From contig NC_043015.1 in NCBI RefSeq assembly GCF_006345805.1, positions 12,462,001-12,526,000 of the forward strand: 64,000 nt of DNA, written 5' to 3'. Of this stretch, positions 51,080-63,816 are shown one piece after another; within the stretch, counting starts at the first letter, position 1, and each line of letters opens with the position of its first letter. The stretch comes from Octopus sinensis (lineage: Eukaryota). The notes beneath the pieces are model-generated. The model saw nothing but the letters and a program-made list of their open reading frames with translations, was not told the origin of the DNA and did not search any database. The position numbers and the translations under genes are program-made.

Positions 51080-51326
51080 CAATTGCAGCGTGGAAGGTGT
51101 TCGTAAGCCATTTAAGAAACACGCAAAAACCGTTCGATTCACTTCAACATTTAAGTTTAATTCGTCGACGAAAATATTTTGACAAATTAAGCTTAAATGT
51201 TGAAGTGAATCGAACGGCTTTTGTGTGTTTCTTAAATTGCTTATAAACACCTTCCACGCTGCAATTGTTTTCGTTCCAGCACACACGATCTCAGATCAAA
51301 TTACTTGCTATGCGAGTACATCTCCG
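51080..51326 (+). mobile_element. Palindromic element family A, copy 3 (centre collapsed) with 13-bp TSD
   Basis: Arms and tail match 28211-28569. AAATTACAGAATA is duplicated at 51067-51079 and 51327-51339. Confidence 0.85.
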
Positions 51327-51548
51327 AAATTACAGAATAAGAAACGAGGTATTATTGTACAGCGTTGATGTCATAGAAAGCTACAAAAACAATTATATTT
51401 ACAATATTGTAAAGGCATGACAGTGCCATATTGTATGTTCTACACCACTGTGATAATATTTTTGAACATTATTTCCGGGTTCCATTCAAAGAAACGCATA
51501 CAACTTGTTTCTAGCACATGAGTTGATGCGGGAATTGTGTTTGTTTAT

Positions 51549-51692
51549 ATAAGGTTGTCCCAAAAGTTCGTAGAAAGTCTTGGAAAATAAAGGTCTTTAT
51601 TTTGAGGAATAATTGTTGTTGTTTTTGTTAGTATTTGGCGAGTAAAAATTCAATTTTCGCAAGTGTTTACGAACTTTTGGGACAACCTAATA
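51549..51692. mobile_element. Small Tc1/mariner-type MITE
   Basis: 21-bp TIRs aggttgtcccaaaagttcgta / tacgaacttttgggacaacct in a TA context. Confidence 0.7.
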
Positions 51693-51822
51693 CTATTTTT
51701 AATTTTTCTTTTTCAGGCGAAGTTTTTGCAAAAAAAAAACCCCAAAACACCCACATAACTTTTCTACAATTTTTCTTTTTTTCTTTTAGTCGAAAATTTG
51801 GTGGAGCTATGCTGTAAGCAAG

Positions 51823-52628
51823 GGTGCACATGGCAGAGACATAAGTGGACCCCTCCATCCCTTAAATTTTGTTTTCCCGGATCCCACGTTTTCGGGTATG
51901 GAGATTCCTATTCTGAAAAACTTTTTCCGGAAAATTTTTTTTTTTTTTTGGCGAAATACGTAGAAAAATACGGAGATTATGATTCTGGAAAACCCCCAAA
52001 AAACGAACACTTTAATTTCACAGTATTTCTTTGCTATTTTTACTTTTGTTTTTCAAAAGAGTTTGCTGTTATTTCTGCACGCGTGTTTTTTGTAACTATA
52101 AAAAAAAAATGAACACTTGAATTTCACTTTGTCATATTACTGCGGAAAATGACTCTGAAAGAAATCTTGGCACTGTCATGCTTTTAGCTGTCGCATGACA
52201 GTGCCGAAATCTTTGCGGAAAGGTGAGTAGATTGATTACATATTTCTTTCATTATGTTATCGCAGTGTTGTGTGATTTGGCTGTTATTTCTAGCATGTGG
52301 ATAGCATGCTTGAAGGCCAAGGCCCTAGAATCGGGAGGGCTTGGAGTAATTTTTTTTTATTATTTTGAAAAATTGAAATTTTACAATTATTTTTCAGTCA
52401 TAATCTCTGTATTTTTCTACGTATTTCGCAAAATAAATAATAAAAAGTTTCTGGAAAAAGTGAAAAATGAGGAAATGGAGTTGATGGGGCGGATTGAAAT
52501 TTTGAAGTTGCGATTTTTGAAATTTTTTTTTTTTTCAGAATCGGAATCTCCTATATATCCGGAAATGTGGGATTCCGTAAAAAAAAATTCAAGGGGTGGA
52601 GGGGTCCGTTTACTTCGTCATGTGCACC
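51823..52628. mobile_element. Foldback/MITE-like element with long terminal inverted repeats
   Basis: gtgcacatg..ggacccctccatccctt..ggagattcctattctgaaaaa mirrors ttttcagaatcggaatctcc..aaggggtggaggggtcc..catgtgcac. An internal IR pairs ~51951-51982 with ~52399-52430. Confidence 0.7.
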
Positions 52629-53401
52629 TTCTAATGAGAATTTTGCAAACGATATTTTCGGGCTCCTTGTATCATTGATAATACCTGGCTGGTAAAAGTA
52701 AATTACCTCCCCTTGTTTCGTCCGACACGTTTGTTTATATTTGCGAGTGCCCGTTTTCCGTTTACTCTTTTACTTGTTTCAGTCATTTGACTGTGGCCAT
52801 GCTGGAGCACCGACTTTCTTTAGTCGAGTATGTATATATTTCTTTGCTACCCACAAGGGGCTAAACACAGAGGAGACAAACAAGGACAGACAAACGGATT
52901 AAGTCGATTACATCGACCCCAGTGCGTAACTGGTACTTAATTTATCGACCCCGATATATGTATATATATGTGCTTGACAACCGGTGCTGGTTTATTTACG
53001 TTCCTGTAACACGCAAAACTGATAGAATAAGTACTAGGATGGATTTATTCAACTCAATCCTTTAAAGCAGTGGTCCAGTATGGCCGTAGTACAATGGCAA
53101 GAGATAAAAGAAGGATGCATATTTGAAAAACTATATCACCAAAGTTACTTAGTGATGTCAGTTGCATAAAAGAAAAACATCAAATACTTAAATGGAAGTA
53201 CTAGGGCAGTGAAGTTTTAATCAACATTACTTCAATGACTTGGTTCAATTTATCAAACTTTTTCAGTCAGGTTATATTGCAACAGCTTAAGTGATGAAGA
53301 AAGCACTAAATGTACAATATTGTATGAAAATGTTTAAAAAATAAATATCATTATTTGTATAACTCCTTGAATAATGGAAAATGAAAGCGTGTGTGTGTGT
53401 G

Positions 53402-53437
<36 letters not shown>

Positions 53438-53479
53438 TCATCATCGTTTAATGTCCGTTTTCCGTGCTAGCACGGGTTA

Positions 53480-54145
53480 TGACTGCGCTGGTATGGTCAT
53501 GTGGCAAGAATGGATGAGGATAGCTGCGTGAAAAAGTGCCACACCCTAGCGGTTGAGGGAACCTGTGGAAGAGGTGGACCTGGGATGAAGTGGTGAAGCA
53601 CGACCGTTGAACATTAGGCCTCACCAAGGAAATGACTAGCGACCGAGACCTTTGGAAATATGCTGTGAAGATCTCTTGAAGCAAGTGAAATCAAAATCAA
53701 TTTGTGCTAGCGGGTTGCAAAGAGCACCATACAAGTGTGATTGTTGACAGAGAGGCTATTCGTGTATGAACGTTATCAGCTTCGCCTTACTGGCACTTAT
53801 GCCTGTGCTAGTAGGGTGCCAAGAGCACCATCCGAGCGTGATCGTTGCCAGAGCAGCCAACTGGCTTCCGTACATGTGGCACGTAAAAGGGCACCATTCG
53901 AGCGTGATCGTTACCAACGTTGCTTCAGTGGCACGTGTGAAAAGATTCGAGCAAGGTCGTTGCCAGTGCCACCTGACTGGCACCGTGCCGGTGGCATGTA
54001 AAAAGCACCCACTACACTCTCGGAGTGGTTGGCTTTTGGAAGGGCATCCAGCTGTAGAAACTCTGCCAGATCAAGATTGGAGCCTGGTGCAGCCATCTAG
54101 GTTGCTAGCATGGAAAGTGGACGTTAAACGATGATGATGATGATA
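53480..54145 (+). mobile_element. RTE LINE 3' fragment
   Basis: Encodes [31 protein letters not shown], with the family 3' UTR and a (GAT)n tail. Confidence 0.85.
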
Positions 54146-54294
54146 TATATATATATATGAATTAAATTAGAGGTTATAAAGACCGTCTAAGGGATACTTG
54201 TATCCAATTAATTAACTGGTGTCTTACCTCTATGCTCATAAATGATAGATAAGGAAAAGAATAAACCGAAATTTATCTATATTTAAAGAAAATG

Positions 54295-54735
54295 GGATAA
54301 ATTGATAACCAATTATTTATTGATTATAAAAAAAATGACATTAACTGTTTCAGTTCATGCTATTTAGGGCAATAATCAGGTTTAATTATTGCAATAACAA
54401 GAATTATTATTGTAAATAATTAATTATACCAACGTGAATAGTGGAACTTCATCAGAGCAGAAAAGTAAAGAAAAAGAGAAAGTAAGGATATACCAGTTGA
54501 TGTTACATGCTATCCCTCTGAAAACCTTTTGACCAACTTTTTCTTTACTTTTCCGCTCTGATGAAGTTCCACTATCTAGGTTGATTTAATTAATTATTTA
54601 CAGTGATAATTGTTATTATTTTTGTAATAATTAAGCCTGATTATTGCCCTAAATAGCGCGAACAGAAACAGCTGTCAGATGAGATAATGTCTTTTTTATA
54701 ATCAATAAATAATAATTGATATTTATCAATTACCT
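54295..54735. mobile_element. Palindromic hammerhead element family C (long stem II), aged
   Basis: Inverted arms ~54295-54478 / 54538-54735. The + strand reads CTGATGA agttc..~90 nt..gaaca GAAA cagctg TC (54558-54676), with a mirror copy on the - strand. Confidence 0.65.
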
Positions 54736-54991
54736 TGCTTGAAAACGAGTGAAAGTTGGCAACAAGAAGGGCAACCAGCCATAGAAAAATCTCTCAAATT
54801 CTGTGCATGGAAAAGAGGATATTAAGTAATGATATTTCAGCTGATGCAGTGATGCATGCTTCATCAAGATCCAGGGTTGTCTCCCATATTAGTTGGAATT
54901 ATTAAAATAATATTGTATCAATGTCTTTTTCTCCCTGTATTCCTATTTCTACTTAGGTATTATGATGATTATGACAATTTCTATTTTTCAG

Positions 54992-55078
54992 AAGAAAAAG
55001 AATTCTATTATTGTTGTATCAGACTCAAGTGATTGTGAGATAATTTCTCCATTACCAGGAATGAAGCGCCATGTCGTC
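54992..55078 (+). CDS. Putative second coding exon of the SIM-containing protein
   Basis: Acceptor tatttttcag| and donor |gtaagt; encodes KKKNSIIVVSDSSDCEIISPLPGMKRHVV. Phase 0-0, and it repeats the NSII(I/V)xxDSSD motif of exon 1. Confidence 0.65.
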
Positions 55079-55564
55079 GTAAGTCTCACATATATTAATT
55101 TCTTACTGTCACAAATTTATAGATTTATGATGTTCAGTTCATTATCATCATTATTTAGCATCCATTTTCCATGCCGGCATGGAAAATGGATGTTTGACAG
55201 GAGCTGGCAAGCCAGAGAGCTGCACCAGGCTCCAATTATCTATTTTGGCATAGTTTCTACAGCTGAATACACTTCCTAATGCCAATTACTTTATAGAGTG
55301 TAATGAATGCTTTTAATGTGAAAGCAGCACTGGAGCTTTTTACATAGCACCAAGATGGGTGTCTTCTAGGTGGAACCAGCAGGAGTGCTTTTTAGTTGGT
55401 ACTAGAAAGGTGCTTTTTATGTGGCACCAGCATGGGTATTTTAAATGTGACACTGGCACAGGTGCTTTTTATGTGGAACCAGCACCTGTGGAGTCACAGA
55501 GTTGCATGCAAGACAAGGATGTTTCAGCTGAGAGAGGGAGTAGAACTGAGAGAAGTGGCCATGT

Positions 55565-55970
55565 GCAAGCTGGCAGAAACGTTACCATGCCGGGTGAAAT
55601 GCTTAGCGGTATTTCGTCTGCTGCTACGTTCTGAGTTTAAATTCCGCCGAGGTCGACTTTGCCTTTCATCCTTTCGGGGTCGATAAATTAAGTACCAGTT
55701 ACGCACTGGGGTCGATGTAATCGACTTAATACCTATGTCTGTCCTTGTTTGTCCCCTCTATGTTTAGCCCCTTGTGGGTAATAAAGAAATAGGTATTTCA
55801 TCTGCTGCTACATTCTGAGTTTAAATTCTGCCGAGGTCGACTTTGCCTTTCATCCTTTCGGGGTCGATTAAATAAGTACCAGTTACACACTGGGGTCAAT
55901 ATAATCGACTTAATCCGTTTGTCTGTCCTTGTTTATCCTCTCTGTGTTTAGCCCCTTGTGGATAGTAAAA
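55565..55970 (+). mobile_element. Tandem young Deu/Nin-type SINEs
   Basis: Two consecutive gaggtcgactttgcctttcatcctttcggggtcg units joined at gaaataggtatttc. Confidence 0.8.
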
Positions 55971-56414
55971 AAAAATAGAAGTGGCCATGTGCCAGGTAAG
56001 AGTTTGGAGTATGATAGAGGGACAGGGTAGCTGTCTTACTACAGATGAGATACATAGCTACCTCAGTAGGACAAGGAAGGAGAGGGAGACTGTGATAGAG
56101 AGAACCTACTCACAGTGAACAGTAAGGGGCTGGGCTATATAAGTAGTACAGAGAGAATATAGAGGATGTTTCATAAGAGTGTAAGGGGAGATACTTAGAG
56201 ATAGCAAGTGGTTGGCAGGCAGGTATGGTAGATATGTAAAGGCATGGAGAATGTGTGGGTAGACACATGAGGGAGAGTGGAGGGGCCTGCAGTGGGTAGT
56301 TGGGATATTAGGAAGATGGGTTGTGGGAGTGTTTTGCCAGAGGAAAGAATTATATATGGGGGGAAGAGGGTTACGGCTGTAAATGACATGCCTGTAAGTA
56401 TGGATGGCCATGAT

Positions 56415-58560
56415 TTTACTTAGCTTGATGTCATCTCAAGAACAGCAAATCTCCTGAAGTTTTGGCCCCTTGTTATTTCCTCAATGAGGCTCAATATCTG
56501 AAGATCATTTCTCATTTCATTCCGTGTCTTCCTGAGTATATCCCTTCCACAAGCTCCTTTTACAATTAGAGATTGGCACTTCTTTGTGCAGCTTCCTTCA
56601 TCCATATGCATCACATGATCATACCAGCACAGTCTTCTCTCTTGCACACTACATCTGATGCCTCTTATACCCAGTCATATAAGCATGCTGATATTGCCCA
56701 TCCAGCAGAACATACTAGCTTCATTTCTTTCAAACCTTCACATGTCCTCTGTCATCACAACTCATGTTTTACTGCCATGTAGTATAACTGTAACTACACA
56801 GGCATCATACAATCTTCTTTTCATTCTGAGGGAGAGGTTCTTTGTTTGCAACAAAGATAGTAGCTCTCTGAACTTTGCCCAGCCCATTCTTATTCTCGCA
56901 ATTGCACTTTCAAATCTTCCTCCTCTACTGCTGACTTGGTCAGCTAGTCTGCAAACTATCTACTACTTCTAAGGATCCCACTGGACATTTGAGGGAGTCT
57001 GTTTTCTGTACATTCTTAGTGTTTATTGTACGTGCACATCTGCCACACACAAAAACTACTTTTTCTGTTAACCTTTCTTTGATAACACTGCATTTCTTAT
57101 TGTCCATAGTTTGCAATATGTTCACCATATGGAGTTTCCACCAACATATCAAGCAGGGCTATCTCCATGAAGAGATAAGTGATTTGTCTGTTTTCCTACT
57201 TACTAGGTCTTTGCTAAATTAACTCTAAGGCTCTTTGATTCCTGTCTTTACTTCTGCACCTGAGGTTTCTTTTGTTCTGGTAGTGATTCAGAATAGGAAC
57301 AAAGTCATCAATGTAGATGGGTTCCCAAAGGCAACCAGTCTTGAATTCCTCTAATATAGCCTAGAGGAATATGATAAACAAAAGGGTATTGAGGACTGAT
57401 CCTTGGTGAACGCCTTCCTGTACCCTAAATTCATTACTCATTGTCAACTTTCACCTTACTGAAAGCATCTTAGTACATAGCTTTTACGGCTCTCACCAAC
57501 CACTTGTCTATCCTTCACCTTCATATTGAGCACCACACAAGGGAACAGAGGATGCCATCAAAGGCTTTCTCCATGTCAAGTACAGCGGTTTATTTTTGGC
57601 TAAATACTTCTGCAGATGCCTTACCAGGCTTATTGCATCAGTAGTACTTCCTTGTTTAAAATCAAACTGCACTTTATCTCAGCTAACTCTCTTCCCAATT
57701 AGTTGAGCTCTTTGCAGAATCACTAACTGCGAGTGAACCATCATCCATGCAAATACACTTCCTCAACATCATGATTTTCTCTGATACACTGTCATGCAAT
57801 CCAATATACCTCGAGCCTCTGGTCCTCACACCACAGAACATTGGTAAACTTTCTTTCTTTCTACTTCTCTCCTAGCTAAATATACCTGTCTCCTAACTTC
57901 CCTTCTTGCTACCTGATATAGTTCTCTGCTACCACCACTTTTCCAACCCCATTTCTTCACACTAATGGCTATTTTTATATCCCTCTCCCACCAGGGCCCT
58001 CATTAAATTGTCCCGAAGGAACCTCCAGTTGTCTGCTGTGTTTTATGTTACTATCTCCTTCTCCTCATAAAATGCTTCTATTTTTCCTGTTTTCTGGTGA
58101 TAATGTAGTCAGTTTGGCTTGTGTTGCCACCAGATTGATAAATGAACTGGTGACTGGCTGGTTTCCTAAAGTTAGTATAGCAGATCTTTAAGTCATTTGC
58201 ATCACAAACTCCAACAGCCTAGTTCCCTCCTCATTGTGGGAACTAACTCCATAGCCTCCATGCACCCCATAGAAACCACCCGGATGCTGCTCAACATGTT
58301 CATTGAAGTCACCAGCCACAAACAGAAGGTCATTGTTGTTTGTGTACAGAGTAGTCTGGAAAAGGGTGTAATAAAATTGATCTTTCTGTTCACCTGGCAG
58401 CCCCAGTTGAGGTTCATAAGCAGAAATAATAGTTCACAGAATAACAAATATGAAGTGAATTGTCTTCTGAAACTATAGGCATATAATGATTCCTTAATTG
58501 GTCATAGTTGGTTAGATCCCCTTCAGTTTATTAAGGATTCTTTATTGAGCTCTGTGAACA
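56415..58560 (-). mobile_element. Long degenerate RTE-clade LINE (EN to C-terminus, with deletions and stops)
   Basis: On the - strand: DLLFVAGDFNEHV..GVHGGYG..NEEGTRLLEF (EN, ~58200-58330), GVHQGSVLNTLLFIIFL*..PIYIDD (RT, ~57300-57415) and RRLCWYDHVMHMDE (C-terminus). Confidence 0.85.
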
Positions 58561-59934
58561 TTCTCCTTCTCCTGAGTTTTTCCATACTTGTAGGCACATG
58601 CATGGCCCTGTGGTAAGAAGTTTCCCAGCCATATGATGCCAGGTTCAATCCCACTGTGTTATACCTTGGGCTAATGTTTTCTACAATGTTCTGGACCAAC
58701 CAAAGCCTTGTGAGTGAATTTGGTTGACAGAAACTGAAAGAGACGTGTGTGTGTGTGTGTGTGTGTGTGTATGCCTCTGTCTCCTTGCATTGATATCATG
58801 TGATAGTTGTAAATGACTCTCACTGTCATGCCAGTGGTGTCCTCCATTCCCAATTTTCTGTGAAAACATGTCTAATTATAAGGAAAATTTACCTTGTTTG
58901 GAAACAGATAAGGGTCAGTTTTAATATTGTGCTTCTCCACCCATTTGTGATCCTTCATGATTTACTCTGTAAAGCCCAGGATCCTAAGTTCAGCCCTTAC
59001 CACTTCTGTCCATGTCTTTTTAATTCTGCTTCTCCAGACTCTTTCTACTTGCATTGTTTGATCCTTCTTCACACAGCTATCCTTCCTCATGTATATCACA
59101 CACCCATACTTTTGGATTCCTCTTTCTTGTACACTGTTATCTCAGATGCTCACATTTTTGCTTTATACTCTGCTATTAGTGTATGTTGATGTTGCACATC
59201 TAGTGAGCAGGCTCATCTCATTCTTTCCAGCCTTCACCTATACTCTACAGTCAGTGCCCACAACCCACTTCCACGAACTCCGTGCTGGTGGCACGTAAAA
59301 AGCACCATCCGAGAGAGGTCGTTCGCCAGCCTCGTCTGGCACCTGTGTTGGTGGCACATAAAAAGCACCCACTACACTCACGGAGTGGTTGGCATTAGGA
59401 AGGGCATCCTGCTGTAGAAACACTGCCAGATCTGACTAGGCCTGTTGCAGCCTTCGGGCTTCCCAGACCCCAGTTAAACCGTCCAACCCATGCTAGCATA
59501 GAAAGCGAACGTTAAACGATGATGATGATGATCTCAAGCATCATACAGTCTCTTCATTCAAAGAGAGATTTCAGATGCAAACCTTGAAAAGCTGATATTT
59601 CTTTACAAACTCAAATTCACCTTACATTAGTATACTGTTCACATATTTAGGATGTTGCATCCCTCAGTCTCTGTCTCTCACATACTGTCATACTTAATTA
59701 ATCCAGACACTAGCCTACTTTCATGTTGTGTCCTCTTTGTTCTATTTTATTGACTGCTGTTTTAACTCTGTGTCTCCTCATATTAAGTTACTCGTCATAC
59801 TTCTATCATCTCACCTCATCGCCCTGACTATATCAGATGTTTTTTCTAAGAACAACCTTCCACTGGAACTCTCTTCCAGTTTCTTCTCCATCAGAATTCC
59901 CTGATCTCCTAACATATTCTGTTAAATATTTTAG

Positions 59935-60015
59935 GATATGCAGATATTTGAAAATACCTCACAGAATGACAACTTTGCCCTGCATAGTTACAGGCTGCTC
60001 TTTAACAAGGTATAG
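59935..60015 (+). CDS. Possible third (terminal?) exon of the SIM-containing gene
   Basis: Acceptor tattttag| is phase-0 compatible; encodes DMQIFENTSQNDNFALHSYRLLFNKV*. Alternative donor aag|gtatag at 60009/60010; AATAAA at ~60456. Confidence 0.3.
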   Translation, partial: DMQIFENTSQNDNFALHSYRLLFNKV

Positions 60016-61384
60016 CACCTCTTCAGCCACCCTGCCATAGATACAACAAAGTCATGGGACTTATTGCGAAGAGGTAGCAGACGAGCTCACCTGAGCCAAC
60101 GATGCTTCTTACGTTGATGCTGAACAGAGAATTGCTAGATCAATGGTCAGGATCTCCAAGCTCTAACAAGAGAGTAATGACAACACATCCATAAGGGTAC
60201 CATCCGTGGTTGTGTAATCAGCTAATGAAAGATTTGCTATAACTTAAGCTCCCAATTCAAATTCATAATAATGGAATTGGATGGTGTCAGAGAGTCATGG
60301 AAAGCAGTGTAAAAAAATTTTTAGGACATAATCAAACAGTGTAACTTGTTTTTTCTCTAACAAACATATTTTTTGTTTGTTTTTTTATTTTCTGAAGAAA
60401 GTAAATGCCAATGTCATTTTTCTCAGTTGTGATTAGAAGCTGCATCCATGATGCAATAAATAAGACTTAAGGATAAAGGTAGCTGGTTGAGTCAGCTAGT
60501 GCTGGTTGATTTGTTAAAGTGCAGATAGTCCTTAATCCCAGTACTGAGTGTTGCTATGTAACTCGAGTAAAAAAAAAATTTAATAATATTTTATTCTTGA
60601 TAACAGTTATTCATCATAGGCACAGGAGTGGCTGTGTGGTAAGTAGCTTGCTTACCAACCACATGGTTCCAGGTTCAGTCCCACTGTGTGGCACCTTGGG
60701 CAAGTATCTTCTACTATAGCCTCGGGCCGACCAAAGTCTTGTTAGTGGATTTGGTAGACAGAAACTGAAAGAAGCCCGTCGTATATATGTATATATATGT
60801 ATGTGTGCGTGTGTGTTTGTCCCCCTAGCATTGTTTGACGATGCTGGTGTGTTTGTGTTCCCGTCACTTAGCGGTTCGGCAAAAGAGACCGATAGAATAA
60901 GTACTGGGCTTACAAAGAATAAGTCCCGGGGTCGAGTTGCTCGACTAAAGGCAGTGCTCCAGTATGGCCGCAGTCAAATGACTGAAACAAGAAAAAAAAA
61001 AGAGTTATAAATTTGTACTATGATGAGGTAAATGTCTCTGTTGGTAGCAATTTGCAGAGTAAACTGAACCAAAACTCCTGATTCATTTCTTAAAGATATT
61101 TCACTTTCTTTGCCTTGCTTTTGAAAAGATAAATAAATCTTATAGTTTTTCTTAAGCCTTCTCTTCCCCAAATCACTCATTGATGAATACTTTTGATATG
61201 AAGGGTTAAGCAATTATCTCTCCTTCATCATATTAGTGATTAGGATAAATAAATAAATAACACTTTGTAACTGGAATTGCAGTTGGTATAAAAAAATAAA
61301 ACAACTTTTCTGTTTTCTCTTTTAAGTGATTTTATTCATCTGTATTAGATTAACTGAGTCAGCACTCAATTGAATTCATGACAT

Positions 61385-61551
61385 TCAAATGTCATCTGGA
61401 GGAGCAGCAGCAGCTTCAATTTTTTCTGTACAATGTGCTGTAGGTTCTTCCAAGTTATCTTCTGAGAATTTGCATTTGCACTGGAGGTCAGATTCAGTAA
61501 TTACTTCTCCAGCTTTTAAAATAACATTTTTAGGTGTGTAACAGTTTTCAC
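61385..61551 (-). CDS. Terminal exon of a VWC-domain (VWC2/VWC2L, brorin-like) protein
   Basis: Strong acceptor ttttttgtgcttttatttcag|. Encodes (G)ENCYTPKNVILKAGEVITESDLQCKCKFSEDNLEEPTAHCTEKIEAAAAPPDDI*, which resembles the VWC2-family C-terminal GPNCF...IPAG....C.C.......A.C pattern as recalled. AATAAA(-) at 61331-61336. Confidence 0.65.
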
Positions 61552-62914
61552 CTGAAATAAAAGCACAAAAAAAATGAGTTTATTTCTATGACACTCATAA
61601 AGATAGATTGGTTTTATGTTTTTTGAACATAACCAGATATGCAAACAACCACTGTTGATTAGGAATGTGGATGTATTTATATTATGTATTACTATTATTC
61701 CTTAAGACCTTCAAAGTTACTACAAATGTTAGTTTTCACAATTTCTGCCTTTTCTTTGTGACCCTACATTACATAACAAAGCTGAATTGTACCCCAGACA
61801 CTAGTTTCTGTTAGCGCTTCTTTTATTTCTTTATTTGTTAAAATCACACAAGCAAGACCCCATAGGCAACTTGTATGCAATGTTAAGAGAAAAGACAGAA
61901 ATAGGATTAATGCCACAATACCTCTTTATAAATGAGCATACTTAAGATAGCAAATAGCAGATGGTAATAAAATAATTGACAAATGATTTAAATGAAATAC
62001 AATGAAATGGTAAATAGAATAAAATAAGAGGGTAATAAAAGAAATAATGGAAATCATCATCATTGTTTAGCGTCTGTTTTCCATGCTGGTGTAGGTTGGA
62101 CAGTTTTACAAGAGCAAGCCATGCAGGAGCCTGCACTAGATTTCTGTGTTTGTTTTGGCATATTGATTTCAAAATTTGGCACTATGCCAGCAATTTCGAG
62201 GAAGGGGTAAATCAATTACATCAACCCCAGTGTTCAACTAGTACTTATTTTGTTGACCTCAAAAGGATGAAAGGCAAAGTCGACCTTGGTGGAATTTGAA
62301 CTCAGAATGTAAAGACAGACAAGATGCTGCTAAGCATTTTGCCTTGCATGCTAACAATTCTACCAGCTCACTGCCTGAAGTAATGGAAATATTAAAATGA
62401 TGGAAACTACTAATATTTGGCAAGATACTTGTTATCTTGAATTTAAAAATGTGAACACAATGGTAAAAAGAGTTTATTTCATAACTCAGCTGTTCTGGGA
62501 AATGAAGTCTTGTGCATAGAACTAGAAATGTGTCTGAGATACCAGGAAGCACAGATGTGATTTGTTAAATATGGCATCCCAGACTGGTACAATTAGAGAT
62601 TGATGCTCATCTGAGCATCTTCCATAGATTTAACAGTAGACAAAGGTCAGACTTTTAGCAACATTCCATTGATGATAGAGTAGTTGGAGTGATAAATACT
62701 AGACTCTATTCACTTCCGCACTGTCAAGAGTGAATAGTATCTGTTCAGAGAAAGTCACTCAAAGGTATGAGCAAGGCTTCATTTTGAGATTGATCTGGTT
62801 CTTGTAGAGACACAATAGAGATTCAGGTGTTAGGAACTGTTTTGAATTGTAGAAAGAGCCTACCACTCTAGTGGCGATAATTGTGATATATATATTTATA
62901 TACCTTTGTTGATA

Positions 62915-63520
62915 ACAAAGGGCTTCTCCTTCAATGAAAGGCAGATTGTATGATGCCTGTGTGCAAACAACCATGCTACATGGCAGTAAAACATGGGCTG
63001 TGGCTGCAGAGGACATGCAAAAGCTTGAAAGAAATGAGATTAGCATACTCTATTGGATGTACAACAGAATGGTGTAAGTATCGTAATAGAAAACCTTAGT
63101 ATAAGAGGCATCAGATGTAGTATGCAAGAGAGAAGCTGGTATGGACAAGGGCAGCTGTGTACAGAAGTACCGATCTCTAACTGTGGAGGGAACTTTTTGA
63201 GGAGGTAGACCCAGGAAGATGTAGGACATGGTGATGAAATATGATCTTTGGTTGTTGAGTCTCATGGAGGCAATGGCAAGTGACCGAGGCTTCTGGCGAT
63301 TTGCTGTGTTTGAGAAGACATGTCAAGCCGAATGAAGTCATGGCCAGTGCCAGTGACACATAAAAGGCACCCATGTTAGTGACAGATACTGGACATCCAG
63401 TACACTATGTAAACTGGTTGTTATTAGGAAGGGCACCTAGCCAGAGAAGACGACTGGAGCCTGGTGCAGCTCTCCAGCTGACCAACTCTAGACAAACCAT
63501 CTAATCTATGCCAACATGGA
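62915..63520 (+). mobile_element. RTE LINE 3' fragment
   Basis: Encodes MKGRLYDACVQTTMLHGSKTWAVAAEDMQKLERNE..GRPRK.., followed by the family 3' UTR. Confidence 0.8.
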
Positions 63521-63816
63521 AAACAGTGGCATTGGCATTGGCCACAACTATGATTTCCATTTATGATTTTGGTCTTAATTGACTCGGTAGGTCTTCTCAA
63601 GTGCAGCATATCACCCGACAGTTCAAGGATACTTTTAAATGGGCTGTTGATTAGTGTGTTAAAATGTTGAGTAGAGCACCGGCACAGTTTAAGCTACCTG
63701 TTGTTATCCACACTTGTGGTACACTCCCGTTGGATCTACTTCAGGAACTCCACAGTGGTAGTTAGGGTAATAGTAATAATTAAAAGTAGATGGATTTCGT
63801 ATTAGACTTTCATTAG

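Noticed and set aside
58197-58478. ORFs at 58197-58478 as host exons
   Set aside because: They are off-frame or antisense readings of a degenerate RTE endonuclease.
63660-63780. Upstream exon of the VWC-like gene (donor-like cag|gtagct on - strand)
   Set aside because: The phase-compatible frame hits a stop within a few codons and lacks VWC cysteines.
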